Shown: in pieces, positions 43,107-56,791 of the stretch
Layout of the letters: each line of letters opens with the position of its first letter
Numbering within the stretch: position 1 is the first letter of the stretch
NCBI GenBank assembly: GCA_003971905.1
Contig: RSEE01000042.1
Location: forward strand, 434,001-498,000
DNA length: 64,000 nucleotides
DNA from: Moniliella sp. 'wahieum'
Lineage: Eukaryota
Direction: 5' to 3'
Position numbers and translations under genes: made by a program
The notes under the pieces: generated by a model
The model's database searches: none
Told to the model about the DNA's origin: nothing
What the model saw: only the letters and a program-made list of their open reading frames with translations

Positions 43107-44651
43107 ATGTCCTCCCTCGTCCCTCCCTTCCTCCGCGCCCCCCTCGCCTGCGAAGCCCCCGCCAACGACCGCGACGTGCCGTTCGTGGTGAGTGCTACGC
43201 TCCGCACCCCGCCCAAGCCTCGCCCCAACTCCACGCCCAGCTCGAGGCGTTCCAGCGCGAGGTCAAGACCGCCCCGCCGGGGCTCATCACCTACACCTTT
43301 AAGCCCGCCGACCCCAAGGCCCAGCCGGGCGTGAGCGATCTGGTGCACGAGCTGCGCATCACCGACACGTTGCAGCCGTATGTGCCGGCGCGCTCGTTGA
43401 CCCCGCCGCGGCCCGCCGCGGCCGTGCCCGCTGCTCCGGCCGCCAGCCCACCCATCCCCACCGAGGTCGACGCCGAGGCGTATGTGGACCCGGTGGGTTC
43501 CTCCCATGTGCCCAGGCATCATGATCTGACCCACGAGTCGGCGGGATCGGTGCTGTACGACATTGGCAAGTCGGTGTACCACTTTGGTCTGGGCGGCATT
43601 GCTGGCTCGGTGGGGGCAACGTTGGTGTACCCGATTGACCTGGTCAAGACGCGCATGCAAAACCAGCGTGCTCCCGTGGGCGAGGCACCTATGTACAAGA
43701 ACAGCCTCGACTGTGTTGCCAAAGTGTTTCGCAACGAAGGTCTTCTCGGCTTCTATTCCGGCCTGGGGCCTCAGCTGGTCGGCGTGGCGCCAGAAAAGGC
43801 AATCAAGTTGACGGTCAACGACCTGGTGCGGTCCAAGACCCAGGACCCGGTCACTGGCGAGATTGCCTTGGTCTGGGAACTCGTCTCGGGCGGCACGGCA
43901 GGAGGGTGCCAGGTCGTCTTTACCAACCCACTCGGTACGTCTTCCCCCCCCCGCCTCCAGGTACTAGACCAGTGATGTGATGAGATATACTGACGAACGG
44001 TACCCCCAGAGATTGTCAAGATCCGTCTGCAGGTTCAAGGCGAGCTGGCCAAGGCGGCGGCCGCCGGCGTGGCGGCACCAGCCAAGTTGGGCGGGATGGA
44101 GATTGTGCGACAGCTGGGAGTACGCGGATTGTACAAGGGCGCCGGGGCGTGCTTGTTGCGCGACATCCCCTTTAGTGCGATCTACTTCCCCCTATGCCCA
44201 TCTGAAGAAGGACACATTTCACGAAGGGCTCAATGGCAAGAAGCTTGGGTTTGGCGAAACGTTGGCTGCGGCAGCGATCAGTGGTATGCCAGCTGCCTTC
44301 CTCTCCACCCCAGCCGACGTGATCAAGACGCGCTTGCAAGTCGAGGCGCGGCAGGGCCAAGCGACGTACAATGGCATTGCCGATTGCTTCCGCAAGATTC
44401 TGGTCCAAGAGGGTCCCAAAGCGTTCTTCAAGGGCTCTCTTGCCCGTGTCTTGCGCTCCTCCCCGCAATTTGGCGCCACATTGGTGGCCTACGAGTACTT
44501 GCAGCAATTCCTCCCCTTCCCTTGGTCCCCCTCCCCTGCGTCGGCTACTACTAGTACCGACGAAGACCCCACCCGCGCGTCCACCCGCCGTGCTCTGGAC
44601 TTGCTCCACGACATGCACTCCACTCTTGCCTTACCCGCCGGGACACACTAA
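43107..44651 (+). CDS. AGC1: Mitochondrial aspartate/glutamate carrier (Agc1/citrin-like)
   Basis: Three carrier repeats ([42 protein letters not shown]), [33 protein letters not shown]. Introns about 43188-43240 and 43935-44009. Confidence 0.9.
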
Positions 44652-47600
44652 GGTGGCGAAACGGAGTGGAGTGGGTTTGCACGCCACGCCACGCTCCGCT
44701 CTCCAACATGCACAACACCAGCCCGTATCTCTCCTTCGGTTCGGGCCAATGCATTGCATATAAAAGGACCGTCCGTCCATCGTCTCATCATTCTCGCGCC
44801 CTCATTATGGATGGAATACAGGGCTCGAATGCAGGATGCCCGTTCGGTCGGTAGAAGAAACATACATGTCGTCCATTTGACTTCAAATGGACACTTCCCT
44901 GTCACATGTTACAGCGAGGCGGCGGGCTTGCGGTCGACGTTCATTTCCTTGCATCTCAGTAGCGTCGCACCGGTCTCGCCCCCCCCCCTCCCCCTTTCCC
45001 CCACCGCCTCTCCTGGGTCCTTTGCGCCATGTTCTTGATCTCCCATTCCCGTACCCATCCCCTATGGCCCCATGCGCGGGTGCCCCACGTAGACGTACAG
45101 GACGCAGCAGCCTGGATCCAGTGCCAGAGCGCGTAGAGGCAGCGTCGGTGGAGGGTGCAGAGAGACTGGTATTCGCTTGGTGGGCGATTGGTCCCCTAGC
45201 ACACTCGGACTTCCACTTCTAATTATTAGGTGAGACAACATGTTGGCCACTACACCACTGATTGTGGAACATCCTTTTTCCTCCCTTCTTGTGCCTACTA
45301 TAGTACTGACCCGTTGGCTGCAGAACACGTAACAGCACCGACTCTCTATTGCACCAAGCCGGCTTCACCATCTCCACATTTCGCTAGCGATATTGGACTG
45401 CGCCGCTCAGCTCGGCGGAGACACGACCAAAACGAGGAACGGCGCGAATATATATGCCCCGGCATACACATATGGTCACAGAGGGAGAAGATAGAGGTTG
45501 AGAAGGGGGGGGGGGGGGGCAGGGGTATATATAGGTCGGCAGTGCGGTATTACACTCTCCAATGCTGAGATGCATGATGCATGGGAGGCTCTCTTCCACG
45601 ATGCGGGCCTATGTACAGAAAAAAGGGTTGCACAGGGCCAGGCAGGGGGGCGGGGTTCCTGTCTGTCGGGTTGGCGGCACAGCACCTACTAAGAGCACCT
45701 ACTAAGACACCAAAGGCAATTGCCATCGTCGGTTGTATACCACCACCAAGAGATCTGAGACCCAGCAGTTCAATCGCCGTTCTGTACTTTTTGGAGGGAG
45801 ACATGATTATGCATGATTAACAAATGATTAACGGTTTTAATGATTGGAGATCGAGAGGATGTCTTTCATGAACTGACGAGACACATGCTTTCCACAGGTC
45901 CTCCCTGAGACGCTTGATGTGCCTAATGGATCGTACCATCCAAGAGTGTTTTTGCTTGAAGCTTGAGAGGCCCAAAAGATACAGCATGTGGTGGCTTCAG
46001 GCATCAGTGTGGCGCTTGTCTAATTAAGACAAGCTCTATCTCATGGACAGGAGGCCCCCGTGCCGTCATCCACAGAGTGCATTAATTAACTCTTCTACAG
46101 GGGTGTGCAACGGGGGTACCACATCCGTGGGACAGACATTCGCATCTGTCATCTGATATGCTGAGCGGAGAGGTCATCCATCGCCTTTTTGCATGGTCAA
46201 AGGTACTCGGAAAAGTCAGGAGGTCCCAAGTGGCAACTGACAAGTGTATGGCATACTGTGTGAGATCTCGGATGTGGCTGTATCATGCGGTGCACGCCGT
46301 TGTCTTGCTAAACCCAGTGGAGCTTGCGCCGCTGAGTACTGTCATGCGCCCTTTCTTTTATCAGGAACAATCCCATTCCTGTGAGACGCCACAAAGTCTG
46401 TATCACAGGCGCCAGCACTCAGTCCTATATCCCTCAGTCAGTGAACAGGCGGAGCCGTCACGGTGACGCACAGGTGACGGAACCTCAACACACGGCCCCA
46501 TATATCCTTCACTCCCCACCCTGCGACTTTCTTCGTGCCTTGTACTTCCCTCTGTAGTAGCACGACGATCGTCGATTGCCCCCCTCAAATAAGGAAGGGG
46601 GCACTTCCCCTTTCGCCCTTGACCCGCCTCATCCTTGTACGGCCAACGTCAGCAGTCACATGTCCCATGCTCTCTCGCGCCCAGGTTTTGCTGAGGTTGC
46701 TGAGGGATAGGAATTCACGACGAGATTCAAGCTTTGCGGGGAAAAGACAAAAGTGCAAGGCACCTAGTCAAGTGCGCTCGCCAAGTGCACTCGTCGCTCC
46801 AAATCAGCTACTTCTTGCTTCTGCGCGAACGGACCCACCCCTCCGCCCCCACACCCCCCTGCCCCACACTGTCGACGCACGTAGGATTAGTACTAATACA
46901 CTCACACCCCAGATCAAGAAAGATAAAAGGCGCCTTTATGAACGGTTCGAATTGCCAGGTTTGCTTCCTTTGGCCACCCCTCTGTCTCGCCCTTGGTACC
47001 CGGTGTGAGAAACGGAGTGAAAGCAGAGTAGACTAGCCGCACCTTCTTACCTACCGCGTCGTACGTTTCATACTCTCTCTACCCCCATCGCATCCCTTCC
47101 TTCCCCTTCGCACAACTATTTTCAGCGCCAAACGTGTGCATCTTCCCACTGGCGTGCTGACGACAAGCTCTGGGATGGTGCGGGGGGGGCACCATGCTCC
47201 TCCGATCATCTAGCTTCGGTCGGCAAAAATGAAGTGGCTCCAGTGCAACACTTGCAAGGCGCTTGTGGACTACACGAGCCATAAACGATGCCCATATTGC
47301 AAAGCGTTTTTAAGCATGCGCTACGAAGAGGCAGGTGACTAGCCCCTCCATCCTCCCCCTTCGCCGTATCTTCCATTTTCTCTACCTTTCATGCGAACAC
47401 CATCCTCCACCTTCCCCGCTTTCCCACCACGTTGCCCACTGCATTTTCATACTATACCCATCTCCTCTCCCCTGTGGGATGAATCACGGTACCTTCCCCC
47501 CTGACATTCGACTGCTCGACTGTCATGTCTCTCTTCCCTCCTCCCTCGATTCCAGCACGTGGGACGATCCCAATACCGGCTTGCTCTCACCCTTGATCTC

Positions 47601-47774
47601 GGACCCGCTACGGACTGTGATGGCTGAATCAGTGCCCGCCCCTTGCTCCTCCCTCCTCCCCCAACAAAACAATGCCTCCCTGTCATGCCTCACTTAGTAC
47701 TCTCACGCACATCATCGATCAGAGGCAGAGAAGCGGCTCGTTTGGACGAAAGCCAATGTTGAGTCAGCGCTGGT

Positions 47775-48018
47775 GTGGCTCGCATGTGTTGGCCAAAAGG
47801 TCCTTTCAATCCCTCCTCAGGCTTGCATGAGGCCTAGGAATTCCGATGCTTTCTGGCTTCTGTTTCCGGAGGCTTGGTCCACAGCCTGGCCCTTGGCGAA
47901 GATTGGCTGATGGAGTTGATGTTCCTCTGTAGACGTTGCTGGATGGCTTAGACCACCACCGCTACCAGTGCCATTGTATCCCCTCATCGAGGACCATCAG
48001 GACTCCAGGTCTCATCAG
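47775..48018 (+). repeat. Diverged dispersed repeat, copy 2 (copy 1 at 3573-3801)
   Basis: Same collinear blocks as copy 1. Confidence 0.75.
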
Positions 48019-48469
48019 CCAAGTAAAATGTGAGGGGGACAAACCAGGGTTGGTGAAGAGAAGAGGGGGGAGGTGAAGTGCTCATATATAAACGCGATCG
48101 ATCAGAACATACGTCTCGCTGAAGGAACCTGGCTTTTGGTGCCGAAATGGTATTCATTCCAGCAAAGGGGGTGCGTTATGTACCAGAAGAATAAGGCGAA
48201 GCCACCTCGCAACGCAGGAGAGATCATAGTAATGAACATGTAGAAACGCGTGTTGCAAGAAAGGCAAAGCAGTCCCAAGTAAGGAAAGATCTAGAGTAAA
48301 AGGTCATAGATGCAGCTGATGGATATATGTGTTGGACCCATCACCCCCTCTGCGCGTCACAAAATTCATAGAGAAGAGCAAGAAAAATGAACAAAAAGTG
48401 ATGCGAGAGAAGAAACCTATACTACGTTAGACAGGACCGTGTTGGGGCCGGTACGTTTCTCTTTGTTCG

Positions 48470-49895
48470 CTATTGAGCAAACTCTCGATCGCGAGCGGAT
48501 GCTGAGAAGCAGCTGTGCCATGATGCGGTCCAAACGTAGCAAAGTCCAGGCCAAAGGTGCGGCCGGGCAAAGAGGGGTGCATGGAGGAGGATAAGTTGGA
48601 GCTTGCCATGCCAAACGACGATGGCGGCGCGGGGAGGGTAGGGCATTGTGGAGGAAGGCCATGACGACATGGGCCCAGGATCTGCCTCCTGGGCTGGTGC
48701 ACCGGGTGAACCGGGTGAAGCACCACCATCACCGTCACCCACCACTGGAGGAGTAGAGTGGTACGTGCCGAACGACAGACGGGGACGGGGCAGCAGGTGC
48801 GTCCGGTCTGGCGTAGATGAGGAACCGGTCGAGCCAATCAAGGGAGTGTAGTAAGTGTCGGCGGCGCGGCCAAGAGGTAGCATACCGGAGCGGTCCTCCA
48901 AATGCTGATGAGGAGCCGAGGCGGGCTTGTCCCCCGTGTGAGCCCAATTGTGGAAGGGTGGAGAGCAGGTCGGTAGGCCGAGGTGGGCGGTGGGATGCTC
49001 TCCATCTCCATGCGATGAAAGCGGCTGGGCGAAGTGGAAACGACCCAAAAGGCGGCAGATGTATCGTCGAGGAGGTTGTTCTCTTCTCCATTGCAAGTGG
49101 CAGGGCAATCAGGTGGTGCACTACCACCGTCTGGCAGCGAGGCTCGGACCCGTTCCTGGGCTCGCCTACCCCGTTTCCTCCCCTGCAGCTGCCGAGGGGA
49201 AGACGGCGGTGGCGGATACGGCCGCGACGAATCCAACCCGAAGAGCAACAGGGCACACGTTCTCGGCCGAGCTGGCGCGCCGCAGCTGGCGTACAGCGCG
49301 TCCTTCCCGCCGGCGGAGACCAGGGTGGGTGCTAGGTGAGGCGCGGTTGTGGGCACTGGTGCGAACGGGCCAGCAGAGGAGGCAGGGGCGCCGTCCGTGG
49401 GGACGGGGACGGAGGAACGGAGGAGGCGTCAGAGAGCTGGTAGGGACTGCACAGGGGGAAGCCGTAGTCGCGGCAAGGGTGCAGCGCACGCGCGCCAGCC
49501 CCGTTTCGCCGCTGGTGGCGCGGTGCTGGTCGAGGAGACGCGGGCGGTCGCAGGAGCGTTTGAGGCGGCGGCAGGCCTGGCAGCTCGTCCCAGGGCGGTT
49601 GCGGGCCGCGTGGGAGCGGAGGAGGGCAGGAGAGAAGGAGGGGGGCGGGGCGGGCACGTTGGAGGGCTGCGGGTGGCGAGGACACCCATGCTGGCGATGG
49701 GATGCGGAGGAGAGCGCGGCGGTGTGGGTGGCGAAAGGAGCGTGGTAGGAGGTGCGCTACTATATGATCCACCGTATGCGAACGCGGCCATGCTATTATG
49801 CTCTCCGACACTCTGCGGCATGCGGGGCGCTGGCGCGGATAATCTACACTGCCCCGATTGGAGTTTGCGGCGTCTGGGATTGGGCTGATGCGCAC
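48470..49895 (-). CDS. Putative Zn(II)2Cys6 transcription factor with low-complexity flanks; boundaries uncertain
   Basis: RNRPGTS-CQACRRLKRSC-x19-R-VR-C-x9-C at 49451-49582, embedded in about 1.4 kb of Pro/Ser-rich open frames. Confidence 0.6.
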
Positions 49896-51828
49896 ACGGC
49901 GTGCTGAGTGTACTGGGCACAGGGAGGACGGAGTCCTGAGTACTGAGTCCCGAGTTCCTGATGGGAAAACACAACACGGCGCGTGGCTGCGGTGGCTCCG
50001 CTCAGCCGAGGAAGGGTGTAAAAAGCGGCGGTGGGAGCGCTGCCGAGCGGGCGCTGACTACGAACGATGACTGCGTGACTGGCCAGCGCCCAGCAGGCCC
50101 CCGCGCTCTCGCCTATGCCGACGCAGTTCCCAGGGCCCTCATCATCAGCCGGAAGGCTCAGCCTGTGCCCTGGCGCCTGCCGCGATGAGCAAAAGTCTGC
50201 CCCGCCGCCTGCCGCCCCAACACTCTGTAACTAACGCATCTCGCGTGTACAATGCAATCCTCCTTCTCTTCTCGGCCCTAGGCTCACCCAGCGGGCAGCC
50301 ATCGTTGCTCGTCCAGATCAGGCGGCAGGCTGAGGGCTCGTTGAGCCGTTCAGCCGCAACGCAAAAAGCTTCGCGCAGCCATCGCTCTCGCCTCGCAGAG
50401 CACCTGCTATGGCCGTGCCTCGCACTCTTACAGTCAGTCGCACATTCTCCGACACCCTGTCCTCCCCCAGGTGGGTAGTCTTGCGCATTGGCCTTGCTCC
50501 TACGTAGCTCCCCTGCCGTTTTCCCTGCGAATTGCTTAATAACGCCACCCCGGCTAATACCCGTCCCAGCCAAGAGCCCCACTGAGGCGTGTCTGTGCCC
50601 ACGCCGCCCGCACCCGTGCCGTGCTCCGGCCTGGACCCCGGCGCCACAAGCGCGCGCAGGCCACTCGCACCTCCTGCCTCGCTACGACTGGGATCACATG
50701 CATTGCGCCCTTAGGCCCTTAGGCCTTAGACCTTATAGCCCCGCCCCCCCTCAGCCGGCCGGGCGCAGCGAACAGGAGCATATCGGTGCCCAGACTAATC
50801 GATGATGGATGATCTATCTCTCTCCTCTCTCCCCGCCGTCCAGTCATTAGTCACTAGTCACTAGTCACTAGTCACAGCCAACTAAGTATACTAAACCCGT
50901 TCTGAGTGTACGTTCAGGCTGCGCCCAACCGAGTGTAGCTCCCCAATCAAAAAGCAGTTGATGACAATCTGACACGCTTCGCACTTCTGGGCCACACAAA
51001 ACCCAATAGCCAACAGATACGTCGGCAGATGGCGAAAACCGCCGTACCTGTGCATATGGTCCGCCACAGCGTTGGCCAAAATGAAAGGTAGTAGTGCATC
51101 TCGATGCCCATTTGCTCTTCCTGCCGACGCTCTCTGTACACGGATTGAGAGAGTAGAGAATTGTGTAGCAGCCATCTCTTCCGTGCTGCGATCAGCCTGA
51201 GCGCTGAACCAAGCCTATAAGATCTAGACGACAGAAAAAGGAGAAAGGGAAGAAGGGGTGCCCAAAGGGTTGTTACGTTCAGAAATAACGTTCAGTGGCA
51301 CTATTATAGGTCCGCGCGTACCGCGCGTCCGCGTCATTAAAGATTGCATCACCTGCGTCATCGATCCGCCATCTTCGGCCTGGCTGCCACAGCCTTCTTC
51401 TTCGGCCCCCAGGCCACAGGCCACAGGGCCCATCAGTACTATTCAGTCCGTTGCTCGGCACACATCGTGCCGCTGTCAGCGCTGGACATGACAGTGACAG
51501 CGCTGACACTGCTCGAGCCCCGATCATCGATTCTCCCCACACGTCTGTCCATTGAATATTGAGGCCTGAGGGTTGAGGGCTGAGGCCGAGGCTTGAGGGA
51601 CGCTGCGCACAGACGCGCAGAGGCCTCCGTGGCGCCCACACCTGCTTCAACCTTCCAGGGCAGATGAACGGGCACGTGGGTGGTAAAGTACACCAGGCGT
51701 GCCATGCGACCTGACGGGGCTGCTTACCTAAGCCCGACACGCACGGTGTGGTGGTGTGGCGGGGGAGGACACTGGTAAGTGAGGTACGTACGGCCTGGCT
51801 TTGGTCGTCCGCTCGTCTTGGTCCTCCC

Positions 51829-54800
51829 ATGCCGCCGAGGGTCCGGACGAGGATGGGGGCGTCGGCCACCACATCCTCCTCGGCCGAGCCGTCGTCAACC
51901 ATGAGTGGTGTGCCCACCGACTCGGTCCAGCCGCCGCGCCACTCCCCAGCCCCACTCGCCGCGCCCGCACTCGCACCCGCACCCATCCCGCCTTTGCTCC
52001 TTGACGACGACTCGGAGAACGACGAGGTTGACGACAGCCACGTTCCGGCGCGGCCTCGACGAATCCTGGCTGAGCGCACACCGTCTTTTGATGAGGGCGA
52101 CCGGCCAACTCGCTCACCGCGTCCGGAAAAGCCATCCCGACCCAGGCAACAGGAGATGGAACCAGAGGAGTTCGAGGAGGAGGCAGCGGAGGAGGAGGAA
52201 GACGACGAAGAAGAAGAAGAACATGATGATGAACCGGAGCGAGCCGTGTACCACCCACTCTACCCATCCCCACCCCTACTCCTGTTGCCCCCCGCTCCAT
52301 CCCTCACACCAACACGCAGCCGGACTTGGCGTTGGCCGAGGCGGACGAGCGGAACGTGATCAAGATCCTCATCACCACCGACAACCATGTGGGCTACCTA
52401 GAAAATGACCCCGTGCGCGGGCAAGATGCTCTCAACTCGTTCCGCGAGGCACTGCAGATTGCCAAGACCGAGCAGGTGGACATGGTGCTCTTGGCTGGCG
52501 ACTTGTTTCATGACAACCACCCTTCGCGCGACTCGCTGCACCAAGTCATGGGCGCACTGCGCGAGTACACCATGGGCAGTCGGCCGCTGTCACTGGCCTA
52601 CGTGTCGGACCCAAGGGACTCGGCGCATCCCAAGTACAAGTGCGTTTTGGCCGCTCCTGCTTTTTCTGTGTTGTGTTACGCTGCTAACCGCGCTTGCTGT
52701 TGGTATAGGTTTGGGGCGGTGAATTACATGGAACCGTACTACAATGTGGCCATCCCTGTCTTTGCCATTCATGGGAACCACGATGATCGCCAAGGCTTGG
52801 GCCCCGACGGTCCTCTCTCGGCTCTGGACTTGCTCTCTACCGCGGGGTTGATCAACTATTTGGGCAAAAAACAACTTACCTTTGGGCAGCACCTCCCGCC
52901 GCACCGAGCAGCAACAGGTCGACGTCCGTCCCGCCTGATGCAAAAGGGAACCACCAAGTTGGCGCTGTATGGGCTGGGCAATCTACGCGACGAGCGATTG
53001 GCAATGGAGCTACGAATGCGGCGGGTGCGCATGTTCAAGCCGGTCGAAGACAGCGAGGCGTACTTTAACTTGCTGGCTGTACACCAGAACCGGCCGACGC
53101 GGAATGCGCCTGGAAGCGTCCGTGCCCGAAGGCGCCTTTGACGATAGCATTGACCTGGTGGTCTGGGGCCACGAACATAGCCGTACCACACCTGAAACGG
53201 TGCCACAAAAGTCGTACAAGATCTGTCAGCCGGGTTCGACCGTCGTTACCATCCTTAAGCCAGGGCGAGGAGATTGCCAAATCGGTGCGCTGCTGACGAT
53301 TTGTGGGAAAGAGTACGAGGTGGAGCGACGCGAGTTGCAGACCGTACGACCATTTGTGATTGAAGACTTTGATTTGGAAGAAGAGGTGGAGGTACGCGGG
53401 ATCGTCTTGTCGGAAGAACGATCGTACAAGTTGGTGCTCAAGATGCTCGAGGCCAAGATCGAGTCGCTGATTGTACGTGCCAAAGAGCAGTGGGCGGCGC
53501 GGCACAGCAGTCAGCAGGGTACCCCCTCTGACGAGTTGGTCGAATGCCCCTTCCATATTGATCCTTTGCGCGTCAACTTTGAGAAACACGAAGTGGGCAA
53601 ACTTGGTTCGATTTGGGTCCAATTGTTGGGCGAGTGGCCAACCCAAAGGATCTACTGGGCTTCAACCGAAGCGCGTCCAAAAGAAGAACGCCAAGACCGG
53701 ACCGCGTTTGTCGATCCGCAAGAGATGGGCGTGATGGAGCGACTGCAAAAACTCGACCTCAACAAGATCATCTCTTTCTATTGTCCTGGGGCAAGAATTC
53801 GAAGGTCTGCCGGCACTCGTGTTGGACCATGGATTGCAAACGTCAGTAGAGAAGGACGATAAGAACGCATTGAACGAGATTATCCAACGCTCGCTCAAGC
53901 GCCAGATGCGTTCGGCGCTCCAAACGGCGCACGCGAGTGAGAGATTGACATGTCGCTACAAGATTCGTACCAGCAGGAGGTGGACATGGCCAAGGCGCAA
54001 TACGGCGCTGCTCTCGGCCGCCAGCAGGAATGGCGACAATGGTGACCATGGCAGCATGGACCTCGACCGCGCTGGTCCCTCGGCGCCTGCTGCCAGCCGC
54101 CCCACGGGCCGGTCGGCCGCTTCGGCGGCGGCGCGTGCCTGATCCGGACCCCATGGACAATCCGGCGTCGAAGAGCAAGAAGAAGTGCGTGCGCCTCGGG
54201 CGCAAACGGCGCGAGGGCGAGCAGCGGCTGCCCCGGCCGCACGTAAGCCGCCGCGCGCCGGGCGCCAAGCGAGTCGGGAACGAAGGCCTCGGCTTCGGTT
54301 CGGCCGACTCGGCTGCGAGGTCCAGTACGCGCCAGCGCGGCTCGCGACCCAACTATATGAGGGAGGAGGAGGAGGAGGAGGAAGAGGAGGACCAGGAGGA
54401 AGAAGCGGAGGAAGACCAAGACCAGGACGACGGCGCGGGAGTACACCCTGCGCCTCGCTCCCAACTGTTCCTGGGGGCAGCACACCTAGCTGGAACGCGT
54501 TGGAAGACGAACAAGTTCCCGCGCTGGCCGCCGAGGGACAAGCGTCCCGGCCCCAGTCCCTCTCCGCCTCCGCCTCCGCCCAAACGGACGCCGCCACGTC
54601 TCGCTCAGCCGCCCAGGCCACACTGACCAGCTCGGTCGCGGGCGGGGGCGTGGCCGGTCGCTGGCTTTGGGCTTGGGAGTCGGCCCGGGAAGCGGGCAGG
54701 CCGAGGCCGGGGAGGCGCGACTCGCCCACCGCTGGCCAGGGGCGCAACGCGGCTCGGCGCGCGCCTCCGTCCGAGTCGGATTCGGACATTGAGTTTATGG

Positions 54801-54830
54801 AGAGTCGCAAGTTCCGTCAACGGGCTTGCG
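51829..54830 (+). CDS. MRE11: Double-strand break repair nuclease Mre11
   Basis: Phosphoesterase motifs ILITTDNHVGY, LAGDLFHDN, FAIHGNHDD, LAVHQNR, VVWGHEH, then QPGSTV, LQTVRPF, GRVANPKDL. Intron about 52640-52708. Acidic low-complexity tails; ends approximate. Confidence 0.95.
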
Positions 54831-56791
54831 ACTTGCCTCCCAGAGTCAGACCCAGCCTACCGCCGTGCTCGTCGTCGTATTTGATCGTGCGAGGCAGTCC
54901 TCTTGGGACTGGTACCCACGTACCGGTGCCTCGGCACGCTGCACCATACATATGCGTAGAGTGAGACGCGGTGGCAGGCCAAAAAGGGCAAACGAGGTAG
55001 TGAAGCTAGCGCCTGGGTGATTGATTAGTCACAGTGGCTCCCGTGACTAGTATGGCTAGGCAATGACTAGTAACTAGTGGTTCAGTAATTTACTACTAGT
55101 GAACAGCGCCAACCAACTTAGTCCTCAACCTCCATTCAACAGGCTAAACCGTTGTAAATGAGGGCTTAGTAGCCTGGCTGGTGTTGGGGGATTGGTGGGT
55201 AAGATCTAAGAGACAACCAGTTATACGGATGGCCATCAGCATCATGCATCAGCCAGCCACAGCCTGGGCGGATGCTTGCTCAACTCTTGAGGAGTCACTA
55301 GTCATAGTCATGCCCTTCCACGGGGCGAAGGGTTGCCGGTTAATCATTGACTGGCTGCCACTGAGGCCCCCCACTCGTGTGGCTTGTGCTGCCACGACGG
55401 TTGAAAGAAGATGCAGGTCCCAGTTCAAGCTGAGCGCTGAGCCACTGAGGGCTATTAGATACTGATTCGAGCCTCTCCCGCGACTCGCTTTTGCCTCGAG
55501 GAGGTTGCGCATTGGTTGAACGTTGAAGTACGTTTGAACCTCGTGCCACTGGAAGATAGTAAGTGGCGTGGTCGGAGTAATTACACAGCTATACAAAAGA
55601 GCATTCGTGCCAGTCGGACTGGGACAGTGGCCACAACAACGGTTGCTATTGGCTCAGCCTGAGGGCTCAGCCTGTGAGCGCTCGTACGCACGTCACAGTG
55701 GCCCGTGCACCTCCCACAGCTGTCTCGATTAAGTTCTAACGGCTGGGCTGCTGAGTACTGAGTATTACAGAGCTGAGTACTAAGACTGAGTATGAGCGTG
55801 CGGGATATGCGTGAGGAATGTTGGGGTCAAAAACCTTATAGACACGAGTGCAGTTCGCCTCCTCATATCTCGATCGTAGGGGCATGTGTTTCAATCGGGC
55901 ACAACCTACTTTTCATTGTGCCGGGCTGTCCAGCGCTGTCCACTGCCTTTTAATGGCACCGCCCTTGTTGTCGCCCACAACAAAAGAGTCAATTGTCCGC
56001 TGAACTTCAACTTGAACTCCACCCAGGCTTGAATGTTTGAGGCCCCGGAAGAATGAACGTGTTCGGAACTCACGTATCAAAGATAGATATTAGATCTGCT
56101 TTGCTCTGCAACTGCCCTCCTCCCCTGCCCGAAGAGCTTGTAGCACGCCGTCTCAGATCTCAGATCTCAGTAACTCAGTACCCAGTCCTCAGTTGAGACA
56201 TCCAGGACCAGGCACAGGAGCACAGTGGTGGATTGGGTTGCCACATTATGCATCTTCGGCGTCGATGAGCGGCCGAGCCGTTGAACGTCTGAACTCCCAA
56301 TCAAGCGTGTGGATGGTGCTCCCTCTATCGTGCTTTAAGCTTTTCAGGCTTCATTAATCATTGCTCTCTCGGCCATTGAGGTCAGAATGCATTCCGCACG
56401 CTGGATTGTTGTTGCACCACTTACGAGCTACTGCCGGACGATGGAATATTGTAGACTCGCTGCGGAGATGGCACTGATGAGTTGGTTACTGTTTCCCGCG
56501 GCTGTGCTGGTAGTATGTCGTTGGTGCACATGCCGTTTGTCCACAAATACCAGACAACAACGGCGCCACCACGCAAGTGATCCCGAAGGCAACAGCGTTA
56601 GCCAACGCTCTGTCTCCGCAACACTTATAAGCCTACCACCCCACCCCCCCACCATTCGTCATCCTGGCATCCCCTAGCACACACGCACCCCTAGTTCACA
56701 CCGTTTCCCCCAGCATTCTTCTCTCCTTCCTAATTCGCTGCACAGAACCTTTCATCGCCATCATGTCCAACGCTGTCCCTCCAGCGACGAG

